A DNA stretch of 64,000 nucleotides from an uncultured Gammaproteobacteria bacterium (GTDB lineage: Bacteria; Pseudomonadota; Gammaproteobacteria; JAURND01). The notes under the pieces were generated by a model. The model saw only the letters and a list, made by a program, of their open reading frames with translations, was not told where the DNA came from and searched no databases. The stretch spans positions 576,001-640,000 of the forward strand of contig CAVQQD010000003.1 of NCBI GenBank assembly GCA_963714975.1, written 5' to 3'. Shown here piece after piece: positions 29,015 through 40,230 of this stretch; the stretch's first letter is position 1; each line of letters starts with the position of its first letter. Made by a program: the position numbers and the translations under genes.

Positions 29015-29998
29015 ATGTTATATAGAAAATTAGGGTGCACAGGATTCGATACCAGCATGATTGGTTTTGGGACATGGCAGTTAGGCGAACAACGGTGGAA
29101 TCCCCCCTCCGATATAGATAGTGTTAGGCTATTACAAGAAAGTCGCGAGCTGGGGATAAATATTTATGATGTTGCGGTAGTTTATGGCCAATATCAAGAT
29201 TCACTCGGTTACTTACAAAGTAGGTCGCAAGAACGACTTGGACAAGCCTTTGCACACCAACGCGATAAAGTGATTTATTGTTTAAAATTAGGGCAGTTTG
29301 ACGAATATAGCCATCGTCACGATTACGAACCCAAGCGCATTATTGATCAGTTTCAACATTCATTACGCCGCTTAAAAACTGACTACATCGACATATGCTT
29401 AATCCATGCTCCTTCCATTTATGAAGTTAAAAGTCAAAAAGCCATTACGGTGTTAAAAACACTGCAAGCTCTGGGTCGAGTACGCATGGTTGGCTATAGT
29501 TTTGAAGCGGAACCTGAACACGCATTGCTAGCCATAACACAGCCCATTGACGTAATCATGTTCCAGTATAATTTATTAGACCAAGAATGCGCGAAAGTAA
29601 TGGACGAAGCTCGTACTAGAGGGATTGGCGTCCTCTGTGGCGGAGTTTTTAAACGAGGTTATCTTACGGGGCGCTATTTAAGCATTGCGGATTTGCCAAT
29701 GGATGATTATTGGCAATGGAACGTCAAATTGAATAAAGGGGAAGTGGAGCAAATTTTATCACGAGTCAATCGGCTTATAGAGGAATATGGATCTCCAGGG
29801 AGGTTACGTAAAGCCGCTTTGTCCTATATTTTACAATGGTCTGGCGTTGCGTCCTGCATTATAGGTCACAGAAGTATCAAAGAGGCATCAGAAAATATTC
29901 GCTTTGTGGAGCAATTATCTGAAGAAATTGGACAGTTTATTCCAGAAATACCGCCTTTAGAAATTGGTCAACCAATTAATTCGGCTTATTTAATTTGA
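29015..29998 (+). CDS. Aldo/keto reductase
   Basis: YRKLG..G...S.IGFGTWQLG, D.A..YG, SLRRLKTDYID...IH, YNLL. Confidence 0.92.
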   Translation: MLYRKLGCTGFDTSMIGFGTWQLGEQRWNPPSDIDSVRLLQESRELGINIYDVAVVYGQYQDSLGYLQSRSQERLGQAFAHQRDKVIYCLKLGQFDEYSHRHDYEPKRIIDQFQHSLRRLKTDYIDICLIHAPSIYEVKSQKAITVLKTLQALGRVRMVGYSFEAEPEHALLAITQPIDVIMFQYNLLDQECAKVMDEARTRGIGVLCGGVFKRGYLTGRYLSIADLPMDDYWQWNVKLNKGEVEQILSRVNRLIEEYGSPGRLRKAALSYILQWSGVASCIIGHRSIKEASENIRFVEQLSEEIGQFIPEIPPLEIGQPINSAYLI

Positions 29999-30005
29999 TG
30001 TTTTC

Positions 30006-30647
30006 ATGGTTACACTAATGACTAACGAACTCTATGAATGCTTATTAAAAAGTAATTCTCCTCAGCGCCTCCAGCAACAAATTGAATTTATTATGGAGCT
30101 GGACAAACTAAAACAAATCTTACGCCAAACCTCATTACTTGACCAATCTCGAAAGGAAAATGATGCTGAACATTCCTGGCATATTGCAATTATGGCCATG
30201 ACATTAGCCGAGTACGCAAAACCCGGGGTAGATATTAACCGAGTTATACGTATGCTGTTGGTTCACGATATTGTTGAAATAGATGCAGGGGATGTTTTTC
30301 TTTATGATCAGACCTTCTCTGCAACACTAAAACAGCAGCAAGAGCAGCTAGCCGCCGAACGTATCTACAATTTATTGCCTAATGACCTTGGTGCTGAATT
30401 GATGGCATTTTGGCAAGAATTTGAACAAAGGCAAACTCCAGATGCAATATTTGCCCGAGCCTTAGATCGATTACAGCCACTTTTGCATAATTTCTATGTT
30501 GGGGGAGGTCCCTGGAAACGTCGCGAAGTAACTGCAGAACTGGTTGTGACTATGAATAAACACATAATTCAGGAGGCTTCGCCCTTACTCTGGGAGTTTG
30601 CTGAAAAGCTGATTGAAGAGGCGAGTATTAATGGGTACTTTGACTAG
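30006..30647 (+). CDS. HD-domain hydrolase (HDDC2/YfbR-like)
   Basis: ENDAEHSWH, LVHDIVEIDAGD, LDRLQP. Confidence 0.9.
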   Translation: MVTLMTNELYECLLKSNSPQRLQQQIEFIMELDKLKQILRQTSLLDQSRKENDAEHSWHIAIMAMTLAEYAKPGVDINRVIRMLLVHDIVEIDAGDVFLYDQTFSATLKQQQEQLAAERIYNLLPNDLGAELMAFWQEFEQRQTPDAIFARALDRLQPLLHNFYVGGGPWKRREVTAELVVTMNKHIIQEASPLLWEFAEKLIEEASINGYFD

Positions 30648-30879
30648 GATATTATAAAGAAAATATTTGCTAAAAATTATAGGTTCATTTAGTATTTGAC
30701 TTAAATAAAACACTAAAATAATATAATTCACATCAATAATATTTAAAAATAGCAAGAAAATATTTAGTAAATTTTAAATTCGACATAAAAATATGTGGAT
30801 TGATCCCTGAAAAAACTGTATTTTTAAAAAGGGTCAACTGTTAGGTTGACTATTTTTTGGGCAAAGATCAGGAAAAATC

Positions 30880-31583
30880 ATGACAGGAAGTTTAGACAGT
30901 AACAATTTAATGGGATATTTACTCACAGATTTTATTTACACTTTTCCGGAAATAGCACACTTTAAGGAAAGTAAAAATTTTACTTATCAGTTTTCTAATC
31001 GTTCTAACCTAGGCGTATATAACTTAACCAATGAACAAGATATTATAGGTAAGACAGTTTTTGACTTAAATAACACTGTGATGAATGGCAAATGGCCACC
31101 AGGATTTGCCAGTGAAATTCATCAATCTGATTTATCCGTAGTCACCAGTAAAAAACCTTTGAAATTAGATCATAAAATTTTTTTAAACCAAGCTGGATTT
31201 CTTGTAATTCATTCGATGATAAAAATGCCGGTATTTAACTCTGGACATGAAGTATTTGGCATACTAACTTTGAGCTTCGACTCTACAAAAATGACTGATA
31301 TTTTTCGAGTAAAAAAATTGTATGCTAATTTTTACAGTAATAAAGAATCTAACGTACGTTTCATGATGCACTTAGGATTTCATGAAGGAGTAAAATTAGG
31401 ACTCTCTTCAAGAGAAATAGATTGTCTTCTGGGAATAGCGAAATGTAGAACCTACAAAGCTACTAGTCGATTTTTAAATATTTCAACCAAAACAATTGAT
31501 AACCACCTAAACCGCATTAAAGAGAAACAGGAGGTTATTATTCTGTAACAGATCTAATTAACAAATTTTATCAAATTAAATAA
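30880..31583 (+). CDS. PAS-like plus LuxR-HTH regulator (probable frameshift in the last codons)
   Basis: IIGKTVFDL PAS motif; LSSREIDCL...ISTKTIDNHLNRIKEK. Confidence 0.75.
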
Positions 31584-31600
31584 GCCAACCGATACAGCAA

Positions 31601-32882
31601 ATGAAATTACGTTTATTAATAGCAAGTATCATAGGAAATATTTTAGAATTGGTACGATTTTGCTATATAGGCACATGGCAGGAACAACTGCTGTTTTATT
31701 TTTCCCTGCCCAAAATATTACTGCTGCATTATTGCAAGCATTTTCTGTATTCACGGTAGGATATTTAGCCAGACCAGTGGGCGGTATAATATTTGGCCAT
31801 TTGGGTGATAAACTAGGCCGTCAGCGTTTCTTTACGCTTTTCCATGTATATGATGGGTACTGCTACATTTTTTATGGGATTCCTACCTAGTTACTCCCAA
31901 AGAGGTATACTTGCTCCTATATTGCTAATTATTCTCAGAATACTTCAAGGTATTTCTGCAGGTGGTGAAATGATAAGCTCTAAGGTTTACGTCTTCTGAG
32001 AATTTTTGACTTTCTAAGCAGCAAACATTTTGGTGTAGCTGGGTGACTTTTAGCTGTACAGTTGGAGTATTATTGGGCTCTATGGTAGTTGGCTTATTAC
32101 ATTATAAATTCTCAGTGACTGAAATTAATGATGGTATTTGGCGCTTGCCTTATTTTTTAGGCATATTATTGGTTGCTGTTGGTATTTACATGAGAAAATT
32201 TTTAGGTGAATCCCCTGAATTCCAAAAAATAATTTATTCTAATAAAATAAAAAAAATCCCATTCTTAGTGGCCCTGCAACAATCGCACAGAAAAATGTTA
32301 CAAGTCGTGGGGCTCAACGTATTTATAGCTGTATCTTTTTATATCCTTTTTGTTTGGATGCCAATTTACTTACATTTTTTTCAAAAATTTACTCTTAATG
32401 AAGCTTTTTTTCTCAACATTAGCACAATGGTAGTATTGGTGATATTAACACCTTGCTGCGGTTATATAGCTGATAAAATAGGGAGAAATAAGATGGCGGT
32501 TATGTGTGCCATACTTGTCGCCTCCCTTGTTTATCCAGCATTTCAGATTATAAATACAGGAAGATTTCTAGAAACCCTAATTGCATTAACTGTTCTAGCC
32601 ATTTGTTTTAGTTTGATTGAAGGTACTACCGCAGCGATTACCTCTCAACTATTTGATGCTGAATATAGGCTAAGCGGCATAGGTCCATCTTATAATATAT
32701 CCATGTCACTTTTTGGAGGAACTGCACCACTGATATGCACCTTCCTCATTACAAAAACTAATTGGTTTTTAGCACCAGCCTTGTATATAGTAATATCAGC
32801 ATTAGTAGGGATAACCACAATTATTAGCATTATTTATAACAAACACTACATCTCTGCACCAGAGAGACTTAATGAATATTAG
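31601..32882 (+). pseudogene. MHS/ProP-type MFS transporter with several frameshifts in the 5' half
   Basis: GNILEWYDF (split), ARPVGGIIFGHLGDKLGR, LRILQGISAGGE, WRLPY, LFGGTAP. Confidence 0.85.
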
Positions 32883-32907
32883 TTATATCCTAAATATGTT
32901 CATCAGA

Positions 32908-33660
32908 TCAAGCATAGCGTGCATAGACAATACAGCCACCTAGAATCTCCTCATCAATAGCCTGATATAATTTGGTATACCTGTCCAGCGCCTTGTTGTA
33001 TCCATCTTCACCAAATTGCATTATTAATTCTTCTTTTTGATTGTCAATGAGGTTCAACAAATGCTCATACCATATTTTATATTCAAAACTTAAATCTTTA
33101 ATAGTATGGCAAGTCCAACCAGATTTACGCCCCAAATCGGTTATAGTATCAAATCTTATAGGCAAAAAAGCTTTATCTGGGTTATTTTTAATAATTAATG
33201 GGCAATTTCCATCTAGAGTTAAATCAACATATTCAAATATTATTAGTTCTGATTCTTCCTTAGCTACCGAATGCAACTTTTTTAAGGAATTTAGTTGGTC
33301 TGGAAAAGCATAAAAAGAATTAAATAAACAAAGTAAATCAAATTTCCTATTAGCTAATATTTTATCTACACAAAGGACATCTGTTGTAACAAATTCTATG
33401 CTTGGATATTTTTCTTGGGCATATTCAATTGATTTTTCTTCAATATCGAATCCGGTTACTTTGCCCCAACCCTGTTGCTGGATAAAGTTAGCTGTTCCCC
33501 CTTGGCCACATCCCACATCTAAAATAAGCTTGTTCATATCCTTTTTAAACGGGGTTAAGCATTGAATAATTGCTTCTTCTTCTCCTGCATGAGCATAATC
33601 CGATCCACGCACATTGGCTAGAAGTCTTTTACCTTCATACCAGCGCAATCCTTGTATCAT
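32908..33660 (-). CDS. Class I SAM methyltransferase
   Basis: DYAHAGEEEAI, ILDVGCGQGG. Confidence 0.85.
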   Translation of the reverse strand: MIQGLRWYEGKRLLANVRGSDYAHAGEEEAIIQCLTPFKKDMNKLILDVGCGQGGTANFIQQQGWGKVTGFDIEEKSIEYAQEKYPSIEFVTTDVLCVDKILANRKFDLLCLFNSFYAFPDQLNSLKKLHSVAKEESELIIFEYVDLTLDGNCPLIIKNNPDKAFLPIRFDTITDLGRKSGWTCHTIKDLSFEYKIWYEHLLNLIDNQKEELIMQFGEDGYNKALDRYTKLYQAIDEEILGGCIVYARYA

Positions 33661-33767
33661 TTGGTTTTCTCCAGAGGATAAAAATAGGGAATTTTAACCT
33701 ATTGAATAATAGTTGGTCAGGTTTATTATAAGCCATCCAATTGGATAAATTATGTACCCAATAACCC

Positions 33768-34208
33768 ATGGACGCCTCTCAAAGAGGTAAAACCCCAAAC
33801 AAGCAAGGAAATGCTACCATGATCAAGACCCCATTAAAATACTCACTATACAACCTATGTATGGATACCATTGAACATCGCGAGAAAAATGCGAAAATTA
33901 ACTTAACTTCAGCCAGTTTTAAGCAAAGATATTATCTTGGGAAAAAATATCCAGAGAAGTATTTTACGCATCGAGAAGCCATGTGCATGTTATACATGCT
34001 GCAAGGATTAAACTACAAACAAATAGCCAATCTCCTTTCGCTTTCTCCAAGGACAGTAGGTTTTTACTGTAGCAACATGCGTATTAAATTGCGGTGTAAA
34101 TCAAAAAAAGAATTGGTCCACGCGATGAGACAATTAGATTTTATGAATTTGATTGCTAATGTAAATCCCTATAATGAGAATTCCTGCTTACTGACGATAT
34201 TAAGTTAA
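33768..34208 (+). CDS. LuxR-family HTH regulator
   Basis: YFTHREA.C...G..YKQIA.LL.LSPRTV.FY..NMR.KL. Confidence 0.85.
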   Translation: MDASQRGKTPNKQGNATMIKTPLKYSLYNLCMDTIEHREKNAKINLTSASFKQRYYLGKKYPEKYFTHREAMCMLYMLQGLNYKQIANLLSLSPRTVGFYCSNMRIKLRCKSKKELVHAMRQLDFMNLIANVNPYNENSCLLTILS

Positions 34209-34284
34209 AGTAATACATTTTTATCCACTTAAAGACCACAGGTGGTTTTGACTTTAAGAGCTTTATAATTTTGATTTCTTCCAT

Positions 34285-34758
34285 TTAGTGAGTATCTAAC
34301 GATAATAATTGCTGGTCGATTTTTTTTATCTTTTGCTCAGAAGAACAATCATAATCGACCACAAATCCATAAACAGCTTCCCATAAAGGCAGGTTAGCGT
34401 TTTTAGCATACAGATATAAAGCTTCATATACATGTTTGGGCAATTTCAGCAGCTTTATTTTATTATTCTTGCAATATCGTTTTTGTCTTATGGTCATTAA
34501 GTAGCGTGACCAATCCTTAGGCGAAATGTATGTTTCTAGCCATATTTTTAATTCACGAATAATTTCTAACTTTTCTTCGCGTGATTTTGCTAAACATTGG
34601 CGATCATATAAAGCAATTAAAACGTTTTGAGATTCAAATCTTTTTTGATCAGATATTTCTAGTCGCTCGGCCCGATTATAGTTCTTGAAAATGTTTATAA
34701 AATAATTTAGGCATTCCTGCATGTTGTGCAGGGTAATGTCATTTCTTGGTCTTGGCAT
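34285..34758 (-). CDS. MatP-like DNA-binding protein (helical N-domain plus ribbon-helix-helix)
   Basis: By-eye resemblance to E. coli MatP: W(L/I)xx(Y/H)xxP...TIRxxR...KxxxL...V(Y/W)xxL...A......LxExV. Confidence 0.5.
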   Translation of the reverse strand: MPRPRNDITLHNMQECLNYFINIFKNYNRAERLEISDQKRFESQNVLIALYDRQCLAKSREEKLEIIRELKIWLETYISPKDWSRYLMTIRQKRYCKNNKIKLLKLPKHVYEALYLYAKNANLPLWEAVYGFVVDYDCSSEQKIKKIDQQLLSLDTH

Positions 34759-34930
34759 AAAGCTTACTCCAGTTATCGTTAGTATCCAACGATAATATAG
34801 GATAACTCAAAAAAAGGCAATCAGCGTAAGATAACCAAAGTCATCATGCATTGACTTAAAATACATGGTAACCAAAGGTTTACAAAAAATAATCAATTTG
34901 CTGTATTTTGAATACTAGGTTGGGGGCGAA

Positions 34931-35055
34931 GTGTGAAAAAAGCTGTGGGTGATAATATGGGAAACAAGAATGTTTCCCATATTTCATCCATCAGCTTATT
35001 CACACGCCTCGAAGAGTCGTCCACAACTCCTTATACCTCCTTATACCTCCCTTTT
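34931..35055 (-). other. Long hairpin plus CTCCTTATAC tandem repeat; possible GGA-rich sRNA
   Basis: AATATGGGAAACA-AGAA-TGTTTCCCATATT core within a longer imperfect stem. Confidence 0.35.
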
Positions 35056-35208
35056 ATGACTCTATTCTTGAACTACCAAAAAAAACGGCCATCTGGCGCT
35101 GCATGAATCACAGCTACTGTTGCTGCTGGTATGGTGCAAGCAATTCCAAAACCGATTGTTGCTAATGGCAAAATGAGCATGGAGTAGGAAATATCTTCAT
35201 TGACTGAC

Positions 35209-35305
35209 TGCGGGATTTTTGCGGGATTAAGTCCGACATTGTTATACATTTTACGCCAAATTGTAGTGGACGTCCCAGTTAAAGTTATGTAAAATCAATG
35301 GCTTA
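35209..35305 (+). promoter_or_regulatory. Integrase arm-type repeats and IHF-like site (right end)
   Basis: TGCGGGATTTTTGCGGGATT; AATCAATGGCTTA at 35293-35305. Confidence 0.6.
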
Positions 35306-35321
35306 AGAAGCATAAGCCGGT

Positions 35322-35366
35322 TTCGTAATCAGTAGGTCGGAGGTTCGACTCCTCTCTTCGGCACCG
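35322..35366 (+). repeat. attR, 45-bp direct repeat
   Basis: Identical to 1270-1314. Confidence 0.97.
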
Positions 35367-35431
35367 AAGAATCTTCGATCGCAGGAGCAGATTCGTCTGC
35401 CAACTTGCGTAGGCTGGCCTCCTGAAAGCTA

Positions 35432-35504
35432 CGAGCACGGCGGGTTGCCCGCGCGGCAGGACCCCGTAGGCGGGCGACGGGACTTCAGTTCAGTTTGAGC
35501 TCAC
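35432..35504 (+). repeat. Single-arm copy of the 17.3-kb MITE (IS-end relic)
   Basis: Matches 17376-17441 with two substitutions and a 7-bp insertion CGACGGG. Confidence 0.85.
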
Positions 35505-35768
35505 GAAAATTTCAAGAGGAAACTGAAAACTATGTAAACGATTTCTTCAATATCATTGATACCGCATGTGGTGATGACGCGCGCAACATAAAATCCTCGA
35601 CGCTAAAAATTTTTGACCCACTTCTGCTAATGAAAATTGACCCACCTTCTTTCCTAAATAAAGCTCCATAGCCTGTTACTGAGCCACTTTTTCCCATCGC
35701 ATTCCTGACACTTGAGGCTCACTATTTCCTCCAGAAAAAAATAGATATTTCTGGGGAGAATAGTATTC

Positions 35769-36197
35769 ATGACAACGATCCAACAAACCTGTGCACACTG
35801 TCGGGAGATATTTGTAATACGGCGCAATCCTGCTCAGCATTACTGCCATCAAAAAGCCTGTCAGCAGGTTAGGAAAAATTTATGGCGTCAAAACCAGCGG
35901 GCTCAGGATGAAGACTATCGAGAAAATCAATGCCGAGCTAATCAACATTGGCGTAAGAAACATCCCGATTATTGGCGACATTATCGACAGACGCACCCTG
36001 GTTATCAGCAACACAACCGTGAATTACAGAATCAGCGTGACCGAAAAAGGCGCGCCAAACAAGCAATGACACCAAATTCCGTGCTTGCAAATAGCGACGC
36101 GTTGCAGGTTGAAATCACTATTATTTCAGATAGTTATAAAAATTCCGCCTGCTTGCAAAGAGACCACCTTATCGCCAATGGGGTTCGAGTGGGTTAG
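35769..36197 (+). CDS. Basic Cys-rich small protein, first gene of the IS21-like element
   Basis: CAHC...YCHQKACQ, then R/Q-rich helix WRKKHPDYWRHYR. Confidence 0.65.
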   Translation: MTTIQQTCAHCREIFVIRRNPAQHYCHQKACQQVRKNLWRQNQRAQDEDYRENQCRANQHWRKKHPDYWRHYRQTHPGYQQHNRELQNQRDRKRRAKQAMTPNSVLANSDALQVEITIISDSYKNSACLQRDHLIANGVRVG

Positions 36198-36207
36198 GCT
36201 TTTAGCC

Positions 36208-37115
36208 ATGACTCCAATTTCTCTTTCATCCCAGGCAACGCAAGCATCCTTCGAGGTGGAGTGGCACTGCTTAGATTTGCGTTACGAACATCTACGCCGA
36301 CGTGAACTAAAAGCTCAACAGCGCTTAATGGTTTCCATTAGTATCCATGGGTTGTTGAGGCCGATCTGGTCGTAGCGGCACCCTCTTCCGCACAATGGGC
36401 GGTGATTGATGGATATGCCCGCATTCACGCTATGCGCCAATTAGGCAAAGATATTATCAGAGCCCAAGTCTGTCCGTTGGCAGCTGATGAGGCTTTGATC
36501 TCGCTTTATCAAGTGGGTCAGTCTCGTCCGTGGGAGCCGTTTGAAGAAGCAACGCTGTTGCAAGAATTAATGAATGGGCATCAGTATTCTCAAGCCCAAT
36601 GTGCGCGCAAGCTGGGTAAAAGTGAAGCATGGGTCAGTCATCGCCTTGAGCTGCTGGCCGACCTGCCTGAATGTATTACCCAAGCTATTTACCAGGGCAC
36701 GTTATCCCATTGGGTCGCCAGCCGAGTGCTGGTACCCTTTGCGCGCGCAAATCTCGATCACGCGCAGCAGTTTGTTGCTTACCTCGCCAAACATCGACGT
36801 TCCAGCCGAGAATGCCGAAGTTTTTATGAACACTACATGCAATCGAGTTCTCAAGTGCGCAAACGGATGATCGAGGAGCCGGCTTTGTTTTTTAAAGCGC
36901 AAACCCAGAGCAGTAGCACAACGCCAACGCAGCAATGGCAGCAGCAGTTCTCCCAGATTCAACACGCATTACACAGGCTCACTACTCTGGTGGGCCAGCT
37001 GTTTTATCCTCAGCAACCGGTCGCAGAGCGTACCGCATTGGAGGGACCCCTCCAGCAAACCCTCCTGGCCATCGAACAATTACAAAGCACCTTACGGACA
37101 TTATGTGATGCATAA
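36208..37115 (+). pseudogene. ParB/Spo0J-like protein, frameshifted near 36370
   Basis: SISIHGLLRPI, VIDGYARIHA (GxxR), HTH YSQAQCARKLGKSEAWVSHRLELL. Confidence 0.8.
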
Positions 37116-40100
37116 AGAGCCCACCGGTCAAACGATACAACAACTGCAGCAAGCAGGTCATAGCTTGCGGGAAATCAGTCGCCTGTTAGGCTTATCGCGT
37201 AATAGCGTGCGCAAGCTTTCTCGACAAAAGCAGGCGGAACCAGCAGAACTAATCCATGCTAAGCATGAACCTAAAAACGGCAGTTGAAGGACTTCCTAAC
37301 CGATAAAACTCTGATCAAATATCTTCCAACAAAGTACCTTTTTTTCAATTTTATGTGGGTGCTGATAAACCAAGTGGTGGCTGCAGCGACTTTCCATTTA
37401 AATATTTTCCTACTGCTTGGCTCAAAATTCGATACCAACATTGATCATGTGTTAACTGCTCCGCATCTTTTTTTAATCCTTTAAAAAATTTCACCACGCG
37501 GCTTAATAACATTTGAACTTTATTAATATTTCCATGCGTGCTGCTGATAACAATGTGTGTTTGTCTTGCATGGACAGTTTGTTTTGCCATAGCATGCAAT
37601 AATAAGGGACGACTCGTAATAGCTTCTAAATGTTTGTCAGGTTCTGCCAGGCGAGCAAATATATTCCACCAATTATAAATAAGAGCAACCACGCGCGACA
37701 TAAAGCGGCAACGCTTCATGTCTTGGGTTGTAAACCCGCTCCAACCCCATTGATTTTTCAATTCATCAAATATATTTTCACTGTCCGCACGATCGCGATA
37801 ATGTTGCGCAATAGTCAGTATTTCATCCGGTAATGAAGTAACTAATACAGCGTATTCATAAACATAGGTTTTATCATCAACCTCACCAAAACATATCTCT
37901 AATTGTTTTGTTCCTGCATGTTGTGAAATAAGCATTAAATTTTTTTGTATTTTTTTTCTCAACACGATGACTCGACGCGATCTTTCCCAACCATCTAATT
38001 TCAATAAGGCATCAGTCCCTTCCCAGCCCTGATCAGCAAAATACCAATCTTGACGAACCATTTTTACTTCTTCTATTAAACGCTTTACATTCTTCGTTGA
38101 TTTCAATTTAAATAAATAGGGTATTTGCTTTTCTTCAGCAATTTTCATCACACCATCTGTACCAAAAGCACAATCACCTCGCAAAAATTGAGGCCACTGT
38201 GCACGCGGAATACGATCTAATAATTCCCATAAATCAGGCGCCGAATAACTGGATGCCATTTGATTACCAGGCTGTACTTCAACATCCAGTACTAAACGTA
38301 AATTGGCGATAAAATAGGAATGATAGGTATGAGAAGGGCGGCCAGGTTTTGTTGGATTATAACCCAATACAGCTCCTTCCTGTTTTCCATAAAGTACTTT
38401 AACTGTGGTATCAACATCTAATATCCATGGCACACTCAGCAATGGCACATAACATTTATTTAAATGTTTTTGTAGCCATACTATTCCAGCTTCTTCTTCC
38501 ATTTTTACAAAGCACGCCGGAGTGAATCTTCACTCACTATTTTTTTAATACCCAATAAATCTGGATTTACTCCATCACAACGCAATGTAGTGATATGAGC
38601 ATAGCGACTATGACCTGCTAAAACAGCTAATAACAGCGTACCTAAAATGTCACGATTTGAAGGAGCGTTGGGACTTACTAATTGCAATGGACAATCTTCA
38701 ACCCAAGGGTCAAATAAATTTCCAATCTTTAAAAATTCAATAAAAAATGCCAATTGTCCTAGCGGAGTTACAGCAGCTTGAGGATCCCATTCCACATAGA
38801 TGCGACCACCAAAAGTATCTAGGGCTAATGAGACATTTTTGGCTAATAAATTTTCTTCTTTTAAGTCTTCTGGCAGTTCACCCGTTGGGTGAAGAGGAGC
38901 CGGAGGTAGTTTCATGCGATTTCCCCTGTAATTTTGTTATAAGGGTCGCATTATCTCATAGTTCAACTGCTTTTTTTAGGATGAAGAGTATGTGCCCTTG
39001 ATTAAAACATTGATCCCGGAGTGCCGGGGTAACTTAGTACGGGTCCATGAACGATTGACCATAGAATATCAGGCCACCCTGGCTTATAGCACGCTGACTT
39101 GGCTGGTTCGTAAATACCAATTGGGATCGCTACCGCAACGGGTGGGGATATACGAATTTGAACCGGGGCAGGAGATGCAACATGATACCTCTCCTCATCA
39201 AGTATTCCTCGGAGGTCAATGGGTCAAAGCCCAATGTGCTTCGCTCATCTTGGCATTCAGTCGTCAACTGTTTATCCAATATTACCCTTGTTTTACACGC
39301 TTTGAAGCTAAATTTTTTTTGCAGCAAGCCTTATCTTTCATGCAAGGCAGTTGCCGCCGCATGATCATTGACAATACCAGTGTTATTTTATCGGGTGGCG
39401 CTGGCGCGTTCGCCAAGATTGCCCAGGACATGCAATTTTTTAGCCGTTTTTATCGCTTTGAATTTATCGCCCATGCCGTGAATAATCCCAATCGCAAAGG
39501 GCGCATTGAAAGGCCATTTTCCTATGCGGAAAACAATTTTCTAGCAGGGCGTACCTTCGCAGACTGGGAAGATTTAAACCACCAAGCACGTGCATGGTGC
39601 GACACCGTCGCCAATCAAAAACCGAAACGATGTCTGGGAATGGTGGCGCCACAAATAATCTATATCCAGGAAAAACCTTATTTACAACCATTACCTGCGG
39701 TGGCGTTACCGATTTACGAACACCAACAACGTATTGTCGACACTCAAGGTTATGTCAATTGGAATACTAATCGTTATTCAGTACCGGAATCCCATATAGG
39801 CCATACTGTGGACGTTTATCAGTATTTAGATAAGTTGGAAATTTATTATCACCATCGGATCATTGCAAGCCATGAAAGATTGCTAGGCGTACAGCACCAG
39901 CGGTCTATCCAAAAAGGCCATCATGTCCTGTTGCATCGTCGCGCAAATCGCATGGCGCAATGTGAGGCCGAGAAACAATTAACCGGGATAGATGCCCTTT
40001 TAGATGACTATCTCACTGGCATGAGATCGCAGGTTCGTGGCCGTGGCGCTTGGGCATTCAGGCGCCTACTCCATCTCCAACGCCTCTATCCCAAAGAACC

Positions 40101-40230
40101 TTTTTTAATGGCCATCCGACAAGCCAAACAGTATGGGCTTTATGATCTTGTTCGTCTTGAAAAGCTCATCATTCGCTGTGTGGCCGGAGAATTTTTTAAT
40201 TTATCAAATGAGGAATCCTGTCGATGTTAG
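37105..40230 (+). pseudogene. istA: IS21 transposase IstA interrupted by IS1380
   Basis: HTH SLREISRLLGLSRNSVRK joins in frame to EYVPLIK... once the IS is removed; PGQEMQHD, IDNT, KGRIER, NRYSVP. Confidence 0.9.
37270..38980 (-). mobile_element. IS1380-family element; transposase 37351-38915 frameshifted near 38503
   Basis: IRs CCTAAAAA(CG/AA)GCAGTTGAA; 5-bp TSD ATGAA; LDVDTT, RGDCAF, YRDRADSENIFDELKNQWGW. Confidence 0.92.

Noticed and set aside
38500-38506. Programmed frameshift in the IS1380 transposase
   Set aside because: IS1380 transposases are normally single ORFs; the break lies at a homopolymer and is probably a mutation or sequencing error.
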